Shown piece by piece: positions 20,518-30,667 of a DNA stretch of 64,000 nt. The DNA is from an uncultured Candidatus Saccharibacteria bacterium. GTDB lineage: Bacteria > Patescibacteriota > Doudnabacteria > UBA920. The stretch is from contig CAZACP010000001.1 in NCBI GenBank assembly GCA_964483665.1, forward strand, positions 141,896-205,895, read 5' to 3'. How positions within the stretch are numbered: the stretch's first letter is position 1; each line of letters starts with the position of its first letter. Position numbers and translations under genes: made by a program. The notes beneath the pieces were generated by a model that was not told the origin of the DNA, ran no database searches, and saw only the letters and a program-made list of their open reading frames with translations.

Positions 20518-20530
20518 TAGAAATATTATA

Positions 20531-21055
20531 TCAAATTTTTCTTGAGTCGTACGCCCAATGTAAAATTGCCTGCCTTTGTTTTGGCCTGCATTTAAAGTCG
20601 CCTGTTTTACAATGCCTCATGACTTGCGCAATATGCCTTTTTATAGCTTTCCAGCGCTTTATTTGCCTTTTGTCGTCTTCGCTCCGTCTGCCCAAATAGT
20701 ACCTGCAGTACCATAAAAACCAGCCGCGCGGATCCTGTTCGTGTAGCCAGCCCTTTTGCTTCCAATACTTAAGCGGCTTGGAGGCGTTAACTCCAAAAAA
20801 ATTTAAATTTTTTTGATGGTTTGCTTCCACTGTTACGTCAGCGTTAACCATTTTGGCTTTTTTAAACCACTCTTTAGGAAATTCTTTTTGACAGTCATAC
20901 AAATATAAGCCCCCAAATACACCTAATTCCAACATTTGTTTGGGAGTTAGCTCGGGTTTGAACTCAGGGTCGAAATTTTTTCCGGTTGGTTCAGTTAAAT
21001 AGTAGGAATAGCCTTTTTGCAGGCTATCGTTAACTTTTATTTTTTTGTACTTCAT
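20531..21055 (-). CDS. Conserved hypothetical protein
   Basis: Motif-rich basic ORF (LTPKQMLELGVFGG, DPRGWFLWYCRYY, RQAILHWAYD); function not recognised. Confidence 0.8.
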   Translation of the reverse strand: MKYKKIKVNDSLQKGYSYYLTEPTGKNFDPEFKPELTPKQMLELGVFGGLYLYDCQKEFPKEWFKKAKMVNADVTVEANHQKNLNFFGVNASKPLKYWKQKGWLHEQDPRGWFLWYCRYYLGRRSEDDKRQIKRWKAIKRHIAQVMRHCKTGDFKCRPKQRQAILHWAYDSRKI

Positions 21056-21069
21056 ACATTAACTATATC

Positions 21070-21100
21070 AAAAAATCCCGCCCTTTTTAAGGGGCGGGAT
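21070..21100 (-). terminator. Intrinsic terminator of the cold-shock gene
   Basis: atcccgccc/gggcgggat stem plus U-tract on the minus strand. Confidence 0.7.
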
Positions 21101-21109
21101 AAAATAGCT

Positions 21110-21307
21110 TTAAGCTTTTTGTACGTTAACAGCGTTAGGACCTTTTGGAGATTCTTCGACTTCAAAAGATACAGTGTCGCCTTCGTTAAGCTCTTCAAAA
21201 GTAACTCCGACTAAAGATTTGCTGTGAAAAAACAAATCTTTGTCCTGGCCGGCTACTGTAATGAAGCCAAAACCTTTGTCGGTTTTTTTCTTAATTACAC
21301 CATTCAT
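21110..21307 (-). CDS. Cold-shock domain protein
   Basis: KGFGFI, DLFFH and KGPNAVNV motifs. Confidence 0.96.
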   Translation of the reverse strand: MNGVIKKKTDKGFGFITVAGQDKDLFFHSKSLVGVTFEELNEGDTVSFEVEESPKGPNAVNVQKA

Positions 21308-21455
21308 GGTAGTTTAAATTTAATTGTTTAAGTGCAAAATTTGCACTGCCTATTAAGGCAAAGTGTGTTATGTTAGTGAAATTCGACTAGGTTTGTGACA
21401 TAAATGTTTGCGAACTAAGTATGACACAATTTGGAGGGTTTGTATATAGTGCGGC

Positions 21456-21758
21456 TTAGCCTTCTAAAACTCTTAAACTTAATTTTACCGTGCTGTTTAC
21501 TTTAATGTTTTCTTTTTTTCGAACTTCTGACTTTAAGGGTAGTAAATAAGTTCCGGACTTTTTGTCCGGGAAAATTGAAGTTTTCCAGGTTGTTTTGCCT
21601 ATGGTGGCTAAAACCGGCAAAGAACCCCAGCCTCTTTTTAAATCGCTAAAGAGTTTGTCTATTTCAAAGGCGGTTTTTTTGGACAGGCTAACAAAATGCC
21701 AGGCAGCCATGCCCGGGTAAAGCCAAATTTTTGCTTTTACTTTAAATTCGTTTTTCAA
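21456..21758 (-). CDS. DUF1905-like protein
   Basis: AWHFV, RGWGSLPV, WKTSIFP, YLLPLK..VRK. Confidence 0.75.
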   Translation of the reverse strand: MKNEFKVKAKIWLYPGMAAWHFVSLSKKTAFEIDKLFSDLKRGWGSLPVLATIGKTTWKTSIFPDKKSGTYLLPLKSEVRKKENIKVNSTVKLSLRVLEG

Positions 21759-21799
21759 AACAAGTTTATGTAAGGAATTAATTACTTACATACAAAAAA

Positions 21800-22099
21800 T
21801 TACTTGTTATATTTTTTCGGCAAACCCCATTGCCAGTGCGGCTTTTCTCCTTTTTTGTAGCAAATTCGTATTAAAGTTGCGGTAAGTAAGACAATAGGCA
21901 AAACAAAAGTAAACATAACTTCCCGGTCGGTAGATTTTTCATCAAGTGTTAAACCAAAAGCCAGTATAAGGATTAGATACACTAAAACCACTGCCCAGCC
22001 TTGCCACTTAACCGGCACCCAGCCCCATCCAAAAATTTTAGCTTTAAACCAATACCCTTGGGGGTTGTCTTTTAAATAATTTAAATAATCTTGAAACAT
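21800..22099 (-). CDS. Small hypothetical membrane protein
   Basis: WFKAKIFGWGWVPVKWQGW motif followed by two TM helices. Confidence 0.8.
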   Translation of the reverse strand: MFQDYLNYLKDNPQGYWFKAKIFGWGWVPVKWQGWAVVLVYLILILAFGLTLDEKSTDREVMFTFVLPIVLLTATLIRICYKKGEKPHWQWGLPKKYNK

Positions 22100-22178
22100 A
22101 CAACTCGATACTTATTTTTTTATTTATTTTTCGCATTTACTTCTGACTTTAATTCATTGCAAACTATTTGCATTCTGT

Positions 22179-22472
22179 CTAAAATACCTGTTCCGGCAAA
22201 ACTTGGCCGTCATACAAAATACCTGCGCCGTAATGAACGAGCGTCGGAAATTCGTTATATTTTGAAAAGTGTAAAGACCTTAAGCTAATTTGATCGCGTT
22301 TTAATTTTTTTGTTTGCCAATTATCTATTTCTAGCTGCCATAAAGAAAGTGTTCGGTTAATTTCGTACGCATCAAAATATTTCCAACTTTTTAAAATGTT
22401 TTTTGCGTGCTGCCTAGCAATTTCTGCTGCCCCGCCTTCAAAAACCTCAAATTTTTGCGTTTCTCTATTCAT
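22179..22472 (-). CDS. Hypothetical protein, possibly frameshifted near its 3' end
   Basis: 97-aa ORF tightly packed with its neighbours. Confidence 0.5.
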   Translation of the reverse strand: MNRETQKFEVFEGGAAEIARQHAKNILKSWKYFDAYEINRTLSLWQLEIDNWQTKKLKRDQISLRSLHFSKYNEFPTLVHYGAGILYDGQVLPEQVF

Positions 22473-22479
22473 ATATTTT

Positions 22480-22944
22480 TTAATTCTCTGGGTCTATTCT
22501 CTCAAATGAAACCAGTAGTTGGGCTTTTTTAGCCGGCTTGCCTTCATTTCCAAATTCGCCGTTTTCTAATTTATATTTGACATCTGTCGTTCTTACCTGC
22601 AAATTTTTACCGGTTCTGTTTGGATCGATGACTGTAAAAATTGTACCAGGCTGGTACCTATCTTTATATAATGCGGTTCCCATTGGGAAATTGATAATTT
22701 TACCTGTACGAACTAATTCTTGATACTTATTGGATTTAGTCGAAACATAAAGTTCATTTGAATCTGGTAATTTTTTATTTTCATTTGAACTTTTAACTCG
22801 AGACGTTTGGGGAGCATAATTATGAAGAGTGGTAATAGTATCAGAAATTCTATTATGCCGTTTAAAATATATAGTTTTTTTAGATGCCTTTATTTCTTCG
22901 TTTCTTATACCGCTGGCAAACGTATCTTTTTTAGATTCACTCAT
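22480..22944 (-). CDS. Hypothetical protein
   Basis: 154-aa ORF immediately downstream of the ECF sigma gene. Confidence 0.6.
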   Translation of the reverse strand: MSESKKDTFASGIRNEEIKASKKTIYFKRHNRISDTITTLHNYAPQTSRVKSSNENKKLPDSNELYVSTKSNKYQELVRTGKIINFPMGTALYKDRYQPGTIFTVIDPNRTGKNLQVRTTDVKYKLENGEFGNEGKPAKKAQLLVSFERIDPEN

Positions 22945-22960
22945 ATTTTTATGCTTAATT

Positions 22961-23551
22961 TTATTTAAGCTCTTTAAAATGAGCTCTTATTGCCTTGTTT
23001 ACTCGTGAAGCCCGTATCCTAACCGCTCCTGGGCTCTTTCCTATTAATATGCCGACTTCTTGTGGATTTAGATCGTCTAAATATCGTTTTTTCCAAACCA
23101 ATATATCTTCGTCAGTTAAGCCAGGAAGGATGTTTTTTAATACAATATCCAAATTTTTTTCACGTGATAATTTTTGAATCAATTTTTCTTCTTCGTTCAG
23201 ATTTTTGTTTGGAGCATCTCCCAAAGTGTCTAAAGAGTCGTGTGGTCTATTCTTTTTGCTTTTTATTTTGTTCAAATAATAATTTTTTGCTGTAACCAAT
23301 AACCACCAAAAAATATCATTTGGATTTTTTATCTCGTCACGCTTATTAATTGCTTGGGTTAGAGTAGTTGAAATAATATCTTCAAGGTCAAAAGAGGGCT
23401 GTCCTTTATAGCCTAAGCCTCTTAAATAGCCAAGAAGCGCTGCAGAAATTTCTTTAACCTTTTGTTTGTCTTCTAAATCAATTAATTTAAAAATTTTACG
23501 CTCCCTGGTTGTTTCTATATCATCACTGCCGAATTCAAGATTTTTTCTCAT
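22961..23551 (-). CDS. ECF-type sigma-70 factor (divergent)
   Basis: Region 2-like EDII...WLLVTAKNYYLN and region 4 HTH EVGILIGKSPGAVRIRASR. Confidence 0.75.
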   Translation of the reverse strand: MRKNLEFGSDDIETTRERKIFKLIDLEDKQKVKEISAALLGYLRGLGYKGQPSFDLEDIISTTLTQAINKRDEIKNPNDIFWWLLVTAKNYYLNKIKSKKNRPHDSLDTLGDAPNKNLNEEEKLIQKLSREKNLDIVLKNILPGLTDEDILVWKKRYLDDLNPQEVGILIGKSPGAVRIRASRVNKAIRAHFKELK

Positions 23552-23867
23552 TATAAGCTAATTTTTTAATTGCATATTTAACATTTACAGTATAGCAAAA
23601 AACCGGCAAATTGCCGATTTTAGGTTTTGCGTTTATAATCTACTTTTAAACGTATCGGCCTAAATTAATTAATAAATAATGTGGGAATTTTGCACATTTG
23701 TACAATTTTCCCACATTATACTTTTTTACACTAATGAGTTTTAAATCGGTAATCAGTTAATAAAATCAAAAATTCAATACAGGCTTTTTCCCATCGTTAT
23801 ATTTGATATAGGTAGTTAATATACGAATAATGGGTCACGCCCTTGTTAACTCTTACGTATGAAAAAA

Positions 23868-24383
23868 TTATATTTTGAGTATAACAAACCCTTCAACAGC
23901 CTTCGGCTTGTTTAGAGAATTTTTAAAAATAAATCCATCCTGTTTGAATTTTTTACCGTCTTCGGTGTAACGTACGCTTTTAAGCTGTTTACGGTCATAA
24001 AGAATTACTAAATCAATTTTGGCAGGTTTTAGTTTCTGTAGTTTTGGGAAATGATAGAATGACCAAAAAAACTGCCACATTATTTTGTTTTTCAGAGTCA
24101 CTGTTCTATCCAGTGCAAAAAAATCTATGCGCTTATTACCTACGTTTTTATAGTTTGTATATTTGACTTCTTGAATATATCTATCTGTTCCGTTTTTGCT
24201 AATAATTTTTATGAGCTCGTTTACGGTTTTGCCTTTATGTTCGTTTGAACTAATACACCTAATTGCAAGTCTCTTACCAAAAAAGTGCTTTTTTAACACA
24301 GCGTCTACGCTCTTCCCCAAAGCCTTATAATCCGGCATTTGTCTTATATTATAATTCGATAAGCTAATTTGACAGATTTTCAT
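23868..24383 (-). CDS. Hypothetical protein
   Basis: 171-aa ORF with no recognised motif. Confidence 0.7.
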   Translation of the reverse strand: MKICQISLSNYNIRQMPDYKALGKSVDAVLKKHFFGKRLAIRCISSNEHKGKTVNELIKIISKNGTDRYIQEVKYTNYKNVGNKRIDFFALDRTVTLKNKIMWQFFWSFYHFPKLQKLKPAKIDLVILYDRKQLKSVRYTEDGKKFKQDGFIFKNSLNKPKAVEGFVILKI

Positions 24384-24448
24384 TAGTTATTATTGGGTCA
24401 TGTCCCCATTTCTTTTTGATTGGGATTAATATCCACTTTATCAAGCTC

Positions 24449-24985
24449 TTATTTATAGAGCTTTAGCAATTCTTTCGCGTCTCTAATAGCTTCCTGCTGA
24501 AGTCCTTTTTTTAGTAAAATAAAATCTGTTTGTTTAAACTCAATACTATCTAACTTTATCAAATTTAATAAATAAAACAGGCCGTCCATAAGTTCTCTTA
24601 TCTCCTTTCTTGTAAGGTCAAGTTTTTTGTAAAATTTTTCCGCGTCATTTAAATGTGCATTTGCACTTATGTGCATTAAAAAATTATTTCTCAATTCCTT
24701 TAGCTTCATAACTGTTCCTTTGTAAGGATTCATTTTTAAACCTAACAGGTAATAAATAGAAGCCACTTCTTGATTATCACCCATTTTTATTTCTGTGAGC
24801 TTTGCTAAATGGCTCAAAACCGTATAAGTTAAACTAACTTGAATAGTTTTCCATGTAAAATTATTAGCTTTTAATAATTTTACATTATCATTTTCAGAGA
24901 AAAGAGCCTCTTCCAACTCTAAACACCTGTAAGCTGTCTGCAGTTCGTTAACAAAAGCATTTATAAGGATATCGGGACTATGCAT
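24449..24985 (-). CDS. HEPN domain protein (AbiU2-like)
   Basis: Helical protein with LAKL...ASI and LRNNFLMH (R-x5-H) motifs. Confidence 0.55.
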   Translation of the reverse strand: MHSPDILINAFVNELQTAYRCLELEEALFSENDNVKLLKANNFTWKTIQVSLTYTVLSHLAKLTEIKMGDNQEVASIYYLLGLKMNPYKGTVMKLKELRNNFLMHISANAHLNDAEKFYKKLDLTRKEIRELMDGLFYLLNLIKLDSIEFKQTDFILLKKGLQQEAIRDAKELLKLYK

Positions 24986-24989
24986 TCTA

Positions 24990-26786
24990 TTATTTTTTTA
25001 ATACGGCTAAGAACGCTTCCTGGGGGATATCTACCTTCCCAATTTTCTTCATTCTCTGCTTACCCTTTTTTTGCTTATTTAAAAGCTTCATTTTTCGAGT
25101 TACATCCCCACCATACAAATATCCTGTAACATCCTTTCTTAAAGCTGAAATGGTTTCCCGAGCTATAATTTTTCCGCCTATGGCTGCCTGAATAGCTATT
25201 TCAAACTGGTGCTTGGGAATTAAAGTTTTTAGCTTTTCAACTAGTTCTTTGCCTTCGGTGGGGGCAGTAGAGCGGTGCATTATGGCTGAAAGTGCGGCTA
25301 CCGGCTCGCTCGCAACTAAAACATCTACTTTAACCAAATCCCCTACTCTTTCTTCTATAAAATCATAGTTTAAGCTGGCATAACCTGAAGACACAGACTT
25401 AAGTTTGTCGTAAAAATCTATAATAATGTTGGAAAGCGGCATTTCAAAAGACATATCTACACGCGTAGCGCCAATATATTTTATGTCCTTGCTTATAGCT
25501 CTTCTTTGATTAGCAATTTCCATTATAGGGCCTATGTATTCGCTGGGCGTTAATATATTTACTAACATCCATGGTTCCCAAATATTTTTTATAACGCTTG
25601 GGTCAGGCATTTCCGCCGGGTTGTGAATGTAAAATTCTTTGCCATCGGTTTTTTCTATGCGGTACGCTACCGAAGGTGCTGTTAAAATAAGGTCTAGGTT
25701 ATATTCGCGCGTAAGGCGTTCCTGCACAATATCCATATGCAAAAGGCCTAAAAACCCGGTCCTAAAACCAAAGCCTATGCTCGGAATATTTATAGGTTCA
25801 AATTCTAAAGCAGCATCGCTTAACTTTAACTTGCCCATACCTTCTCTAAGTATTGGGTAATCGTCCCCGCTGACCGGAAAAATGGTTGCGTAAACCATTG
25901 GCTTTACGTGTTTGTAGCCAGGAAGAGGCTTAGCAGTTTGCCTGCCTTCAAAAAGAGTTATTGTGTCGCCTACCCGGGCTTTAGAAACATCCCTAAGACC
26001 TGTAACTATATAACCAACCTCTCCGGTTAAAATTTCCCCGCCCCGTTCCATTTTTGGTTTAAAATAACCAATTTCAAGGCTCTCGCTTTCCGTGTCGCTG
26101 CCCATCATATAAATTTTTTCCCGCGGAAAAATTTCGCCGTCAAAAACGCGGACATATGCTACCACGCCGCGGTGAATGTCGTAAATTGAGTCAAAAATTA
26201 AAGCAGTAACCGGTTTGGTAGGGTCGCCTTTAGGGGGCGGAACTTTTTTTATAACTTCTTTTATTATGTCTTCCACGCCTTCGCCGGTTTTGCCGCTGGC
26301 GTATAAAATTTCTTCGTCCGTAAAACCAAACGCAGCCTTTAATTCTTCCGCGGTTTTTTGTCGGTCGGAATTTGGCAAGTCTATTTTGTTGACCACCGGA
26401 ATTATTGTTAGGTCGTGTTCGAGTGCTAAATACACATTGGCCAAAGTTTGCGCCTCAATGCCTTGGGTTGAATCTACTACTAAAATCGCGCCTTCGCAGC
26501 AGGCTAACGAACGACTGACCTCGTAAGTAAAATCAACATGGCCGGGGGTGTCTATTAAATTTAAAACATAATCATTGTCGCCAAGTTTGTAATTCATCCT
26601 TACAGGCTGAAGTTTTATGGTAATTCCACGTTCTCTTTCCAGGTCCATTTGGTCTAACAACTGGGCTTTCATGTCGCGCTGCTGCACGGTTTTAGTAATT
26701 TCCAAAAGCCGGTCCGCGAGCGTGGATTTGCCGTGGTCAATATGAGCTATTATACAAAAATTGCGTATGTTATTTTGTTCTGACAT
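24990..26786 (-). CDS. lepA: Elongation factor 4
   Basis: IAHIDHGKSTLADR, RGITIK, DTPGHVDF, GFLGLLH and YGGDVTRK motifs. Confidence 0.99.
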   Translation of the reverse strand: MSEQNNIRNFCIIAHIDHGKSTLADRLLEITKTVQQRDMKAQLLDQMDLERERGITIKLQPVRMNYKLGDNDYVLNLIDTPGHVDFTYEVSRSLACCEGAILVVDSTQGIEAQTLANVYLALEHDLTIIPVVNKIDLPNSDRQKTAEELKAAFGFTDEEILYASGKTGEGVEDIIKEVIKKVPPPKGDPTKPVTALIFDSIYDIHRGVVAYVRVFDGEIFPREKIYMMGSDTESESLEIGYFKPKMERGGEILTGEVGYIVTGLRDVSKARVGDTITLFEGRQTAKPLPGYKHVKPMVYATIFPVSGDDYPILREGMGKLKLSDAALEFEPINIPSIGFGFRTGFLGLLHMDIVQERLTREYNLDLILTAPSVAYRIEKTDGKEFYIHNPAEMPDPSVIKNIWEPWMLVNILTPSEYIGPIMEIANQRRAISKDIKYIGATRVDMSFEMPLSNIIIDFYDKLKSVSSGYASLNYDFIEERVGDLVKVDVLVASEPVAALSAIMHRSTAPTEGKELVEKLKTLIPKHQFEIAIQAAIGGKIIARETISALRKDVTGYLYGGDVTRKMKLLNKQKKGKQRMKKIGKVDIPQEAFLAVLKK

Positions 26787-26862
26787 AGGGCTATTTTAAC
26801 ATAAAAAGGCTTTATAAATAAAGCCCGGTAAGATCTTCGAATCTAAAATTTTCCTGTTAACA

Positions 26863-28449
26863 CTATTTTCTAAAAATGTTTAATATATTTTTAGACTCTG
26901 GAAGCTTTAATACAGATGTCAAAGCAACATAACTTACTACGCCCAAAAAACCGGAAAGGCCGGATTGAATTAGTATGCCAATAAAGGTCTGTGTGTTTAC
27001 CAAGGGCTCAAAAATTCTTAAGGCAATATAGCTGACCCCGCCTGAAACCATAGCGGACAAAAAAACTTTTAAAAAATTGTCCCAAAGCGAGTTTTCCGCT
27101 GCGCTTATAAGCGCTTTGCCGCATTCTTTTATTAAATTTCTTCGTAGGACTACAAGCAAAAACCCGGCGTTAAAAAAGCTGGCTACAACAAAACTTATAA
27201 CTAAGCCTTCGGCCTTTAGGTATTTAAATAAAAATATCGACAGTAAGACGTTTAAACCAATTGACCATAGGTTAGCTATAACCGGGACCTTGGTATTATG
27301 TCGGGAGTAAAAAGCTCTGGAAAATAAAGTGGTTAAACTTTGGCTAAGAAGCGACACGCTAAAAATTCCCAAAAAAGTTAGGGTTGTGATGGTGTTTTCC
27401 CAAGTAAAATTGCCCGAGCCTAAAATCAAACGTACAATAAACGCTCTAAAAACTATCATAAAGACTGTTACGGGTACCATCAAATAAATTATTTGCCTTA
27501 TGGTATTTTGTAGGCTTTTTACAAAAGACGGCTCGTCGTTTTTTGCGTACTCTTCGCTAAGGACAGGAAAAATAGCCGAAGCGAGGGCGTAAGCGAAAAT
27601 TCCGACCGGGACTGACTGTAAATTAAACGACTGGTTAATTGCGGTAATTGAGCCGGAAAGGGCTTTGGAGGCCAAAATTGTGCTAAGTATGAGGGTTACG
27701 TTAGCAAGGTCAAAAGTTAAAATCCGCGGAGTGTACAGCTTAAGCATATGCATAAAGACAGGGGTTTTAAAATGCGGATTCCATTGCCATTTAAAACCCG
27801 AAGCCAGTATGCCGGCCAGCTGAATTAAAAGCTGCGCTAATCCGCCTAGCAATACCCCATAACCAAGTCCCATAATGCCAAACTTTGGGTATAAAAAAAC
27901 AATGCCCGCAATTATGCCAAGGTTGTAAAGCAGCGGAGCAAAACTGGTAATTAGAAATTTTTTGTGGGCGTTAAGCACGCCGCCAAAAACGGTTGAAGCG
28001 GCAAAAATTATTGGCGTAATTAAAAACAGCCTGGTAAGCTGTAGCGTGCTAAAAAATTGTTCACCGGAAAAACCCGGAACTAAAAGTTGGGTTAAGGGCC
28101 TAGAAAAAATTAGCAGTAAAAGACACACAAGCGAAATAAAAATTAACGCAGCATCTAAGGTGGTATTTGCAAAAGCGTTCGCGCTAGCCGGGTCTTTGGT
28201 TTTTTCTTTTGAAAAAACAGGCAAAAAAGCCACGGAAAGAGTGCTTAATACAAAAAGGTTGGTTACAAAATCAGGCACCCTAAAAGCCGCAAAGTAACTG
28301 TCAGAAATTTGTCCTTGTCCGAAAGCAGCTGCAAAAAGCCTTTCTCTAAAAAGGGCGGAAATTTTAGTTGCAAGTGTAAATAAGCCAATTATAGTAGCAG
28401 CTCTTGCGACTGTGAATTCAGAGTCCCAAAATTTTAATCTTCTAATCAT
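26863..28449 (-). CDS. murJ: Lipid II flippase
   Basis: AAFRVPD, AFLPV and RAFYS motifs; many TM helices. Confidence 0.93.
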   Translation of the reverse strand: MIRRLKFWDSEFTVARAATIIGLFTLATKISALFRERLFAAAFGQGQISDSYFAAFRVPDFVTNLFVLSTLSVAFLPVFSKEKTKDPASANAFANTTLDAALIFISLVCLLLLIFSRPLTQLLVPGFSGEQFFSTLQLTRLFLITPIIFAASTVFGGVLNAHKKFLITSFAPLLYNLGIIAGIVFLYPKFGIMGLGYGVLLGGLAQLLIQLAGILASGFKWQWNPHFKTPVFMHMLKLYTPRILTFDLANVTLILSTILASKALSGSITAINQSFNLQSVPVGIFAYALASAIFPVLSEEYAKNDEPSFVKSLQNTIRQIIYLMVPVTVFMIVFRAFIVRLILGSGNFTWENTITTLTFLGIFSVSLLSQSLTTLFSRAFYSRHNTKVPVIANLWSIGLNVLLSIFLFKYLKAEGLVISFVVASFFNAGFLLVVLRRNLIKECGKALISAAENSLWDNFLKVFLSAMVSGGVSYIALRIFEPLVNTQTFIGILIQSGLSGFLGVVSYVALTSVLKLPESKNILNIFRK

Positions 28450-28497
28450 AATTTTTTTCCCACATTCTTGTCAATCTTTTAATTCTTGTCATTCGTG

Positions 28498-30666
28498 TCA
28501 TTTCTTTACTACCATACCCCAAAACCTATCTTGATTCAAGTCTGAGTTTATTGTAGTTTTTCCGAAAGCGTCAAAATTTTGGTCAAAACTTTTCCATAAA
28601 ATACCAAAGTTGTCAAAATTTAGATTATATTCAACTTTAAAAGTATTTGCTCCGGGTTGTTTTTGCAATAGCAGGCTAAAGCGGTCTAAATTTTGCAAAG
28701 CGAAGGGCAGTTTATAAACAATTTTAACCGATCTTTTTTGTCCTCCTTTAACTGTTAGCCAGTTGCCAAAAAAAGTTTTTCCCGATTCCTCGCCAATTAG
28801 CGTGCCGGTAATAACATCTTTAACTAGCCTTGAGTCCCACGCCAGACCGTCGGGATCAAATTTAAAGTTTTTGGAATCCAACGGTTCTATATTTTTATAG
28901 TCAAAACCGGTAACAGAAATTAGCTTTGAATTTTTTGGCACCAATACCCTTATAAACCTGGTATTATGAGTATGTTCAAGATCCGGCAAACGATTTTCAA
29001 AAGTCATAATTAATTCATTGCTAATACTGCCATCTGAATCTATTTTGCTGGAAAGTTTAAGCGTTTGGTCAACAAACAGGTCGCTCTTAGTGCCGCCTAA
29101 ATTACTGGATACAACTTCCAAATAGTCCCTGTCTGAATCCAAAATTTCCCCAGTCCAGTTGAACTTTGAAAATTCGGTCTGCAAACTCGGGTGACGGGAG
29201 TAAAAAATTAATTGTTTCGACATTAAATTGTTAAAAACAATACTTAGCAAGCCGTCTAGTTTTTCAATATTTAAGGACCCGAGTCTTTGTAAAAGCACCG
29301 GCATTAAATCCGCTAAAAATTGTTTGGGCTGGTTTTCCGGCGTGTCGTTTGACATTGTGGTTAAAACTTGGGTTTGTTCTACAAAATTTTCCGATGTCAA
29401 AACTACCCCATATTTCGGCATATTTACCTCCCCTGTTAGTTTTAATAAATCAACTATAATATTGGGAGTGAGCGCAACAATAATGTCGGGGGTTTCACCT
29501 CCTTCTTTTTCATAAAACTCTGTAATTTTTTTAGCAGAAAAAGGAAAATGGGCAAACCAGTTACTGTCCCTTAAGTACCAGCGGTCATTAACAGCTAACA
29601 GCGGCAGTGGCGGAACAACTTTTTCTGAAAGCTGTCCGTCTAAATCGTAAATGCTGCCCATACGAGTTTTTGAAATTTTGCCGTTTGATTGCTTAAGCGC
29701 TGCAAAACTCCCAATAAACCCGCCACCCGGCCTTAACTCGTTGTTATTTTGCATTACCAGCAAAATGTCCGGTGCTTTTAATAGGCTTTGGGCAAATAAG
29801 CCGTATATTTCGTTTAAGGCGCTAAAAGTTTCAGCGCTTTTTTTAATTTGACCTGAAATTTCTAAAAATTGCGACCTGTTGTCTTTTGGAACGCTGTCTA
29901 AGCTTACAGAACCAATTAAATTACTGGCAATTTTTAAATTTTGAGAAGCCAGATTTAAATGCGAGGCACTTTCTAAAATTATAGTTTTATTTTCTTCGGA
30001 AGAAGAAATTCCTTCGGCGGTGAATTTAAGCCTTTTTAAAGCGTTATAAAAATTTAAAGAACTCGCGCCGGCCTGGGAAAGCTCGGAGGAACTGTCAATA
30101 ATTTTTTTACCGTCAGAACCTTCGGGCAACAACGAAATTAATAATTTTAATTCTGCTCCGGAGTCGCTAATTTGTTTTTGCGCCAACGAAAAGCTTTTGT
30201 AAGCCTTAGCAAAATTGGAAAAAGCATTATTTGGGTCGCCTGAGCTAAGAAAGTTTTTAGCCTCGGTTAGGTCTTTTTGGCCTTGCCCAAAAAGACCCAG
30301 GACATTTTCTTTTAATACAATCCCTGTCGCAAAAATTTTAAAGCCGGTTAAAAGCAAAACAAGAAAAATACTGCTCAAAATTAAACCGAAACTATTCGTT
30401 AAAAAGTTGCGCGAAAAAAATAGTCTTGAACGCATTTTTAAATGCTTCGAGGTATTTAAAAACTCAAAACAAAGCATTTTATAAATCTTATGTATTACTA
30501 AAAGCAGCCAGTGTCCTGTTAAATAGCATAGCCCTATTATTCCGAAAACTAAAATCTCAAAAATTCTTACTAACTTCAGACGGATTTTTTTAAAAAGGCT
30601 GGTTTTAAAAGGAAGTTCAGGCTGGTGATAAAAATTTTTGTGAAAGTAAATTCTAAATTTTTTCAT
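28498..30666 (-). CDS. DUF4012 domain-containing protein
   Basis: QNNNELRPGGGFIGS, RDSNWF, NLGGTKSD and QKQPG motifs; probable start MKKFR (ORF track 30687). Confidence 0.85.
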   Translation of the reverse strand: MKKFRIYFHKNFYHQPELPFKTSLFKKIRLKLVRIFEILVFGIIGLCYLTGHWLLLVIHKIYKMLCFEFLNTSKHLKMRSRLFFSRNFLTNSFGLILSSIFLVLLLTGFKIFATGIVLKENVLGLFGQGQKDLTEAKNFLSSGDPNNAFSNFAKAYKSFSLAQKQISDSGAELKLLISLLPEGSDGKKIIDSSSELSQAGASSLNFYNALKRLKFTAEGISSSEENKTIILESASHLNLASQNLKIASNLIGSVSLDSVPKDNRSQFLEISGQIKKSAETFSALNEIYGLFAQSLLKAPDILLVMQNNNELRPGGGFIGSFAALKQSNGKISKTRMGSIYDLDGQLSEKVVPPLPLLAVNDRWYLRDSNWFAHFPFSAKKITEFYEKEGGETPDIIVALTPNIIVDLLKLTGEVNMPKYGVVLTSENFVEQTQVLTTMSNDTPENQPKQFLADLMPVLLQRLGSLNIEKLDGLLSIVFNNLMSKQLIFYSRHPSLQTEFSKFNWTGEILDSDRDYLEVVSSNLGGTKSDLFVDQTLKLSSKIDSDGSISNELIMTFENRLPDLEHTHNTRFIRVLVPKNSKLISVTGFDYKNIEPLDSKNFKFDPDGLAWDSRLVKDVITGTLIGEESGKTFFGNWLTVKGGQKRSVKIVYKLPFALQNLDRFSLLLQKQPGANTFKVEYNLNFDNFGILWKSFDQNFDAFGKTTINSDLNQDRFWGMVVKK

Positions 30667-30667
30667 A

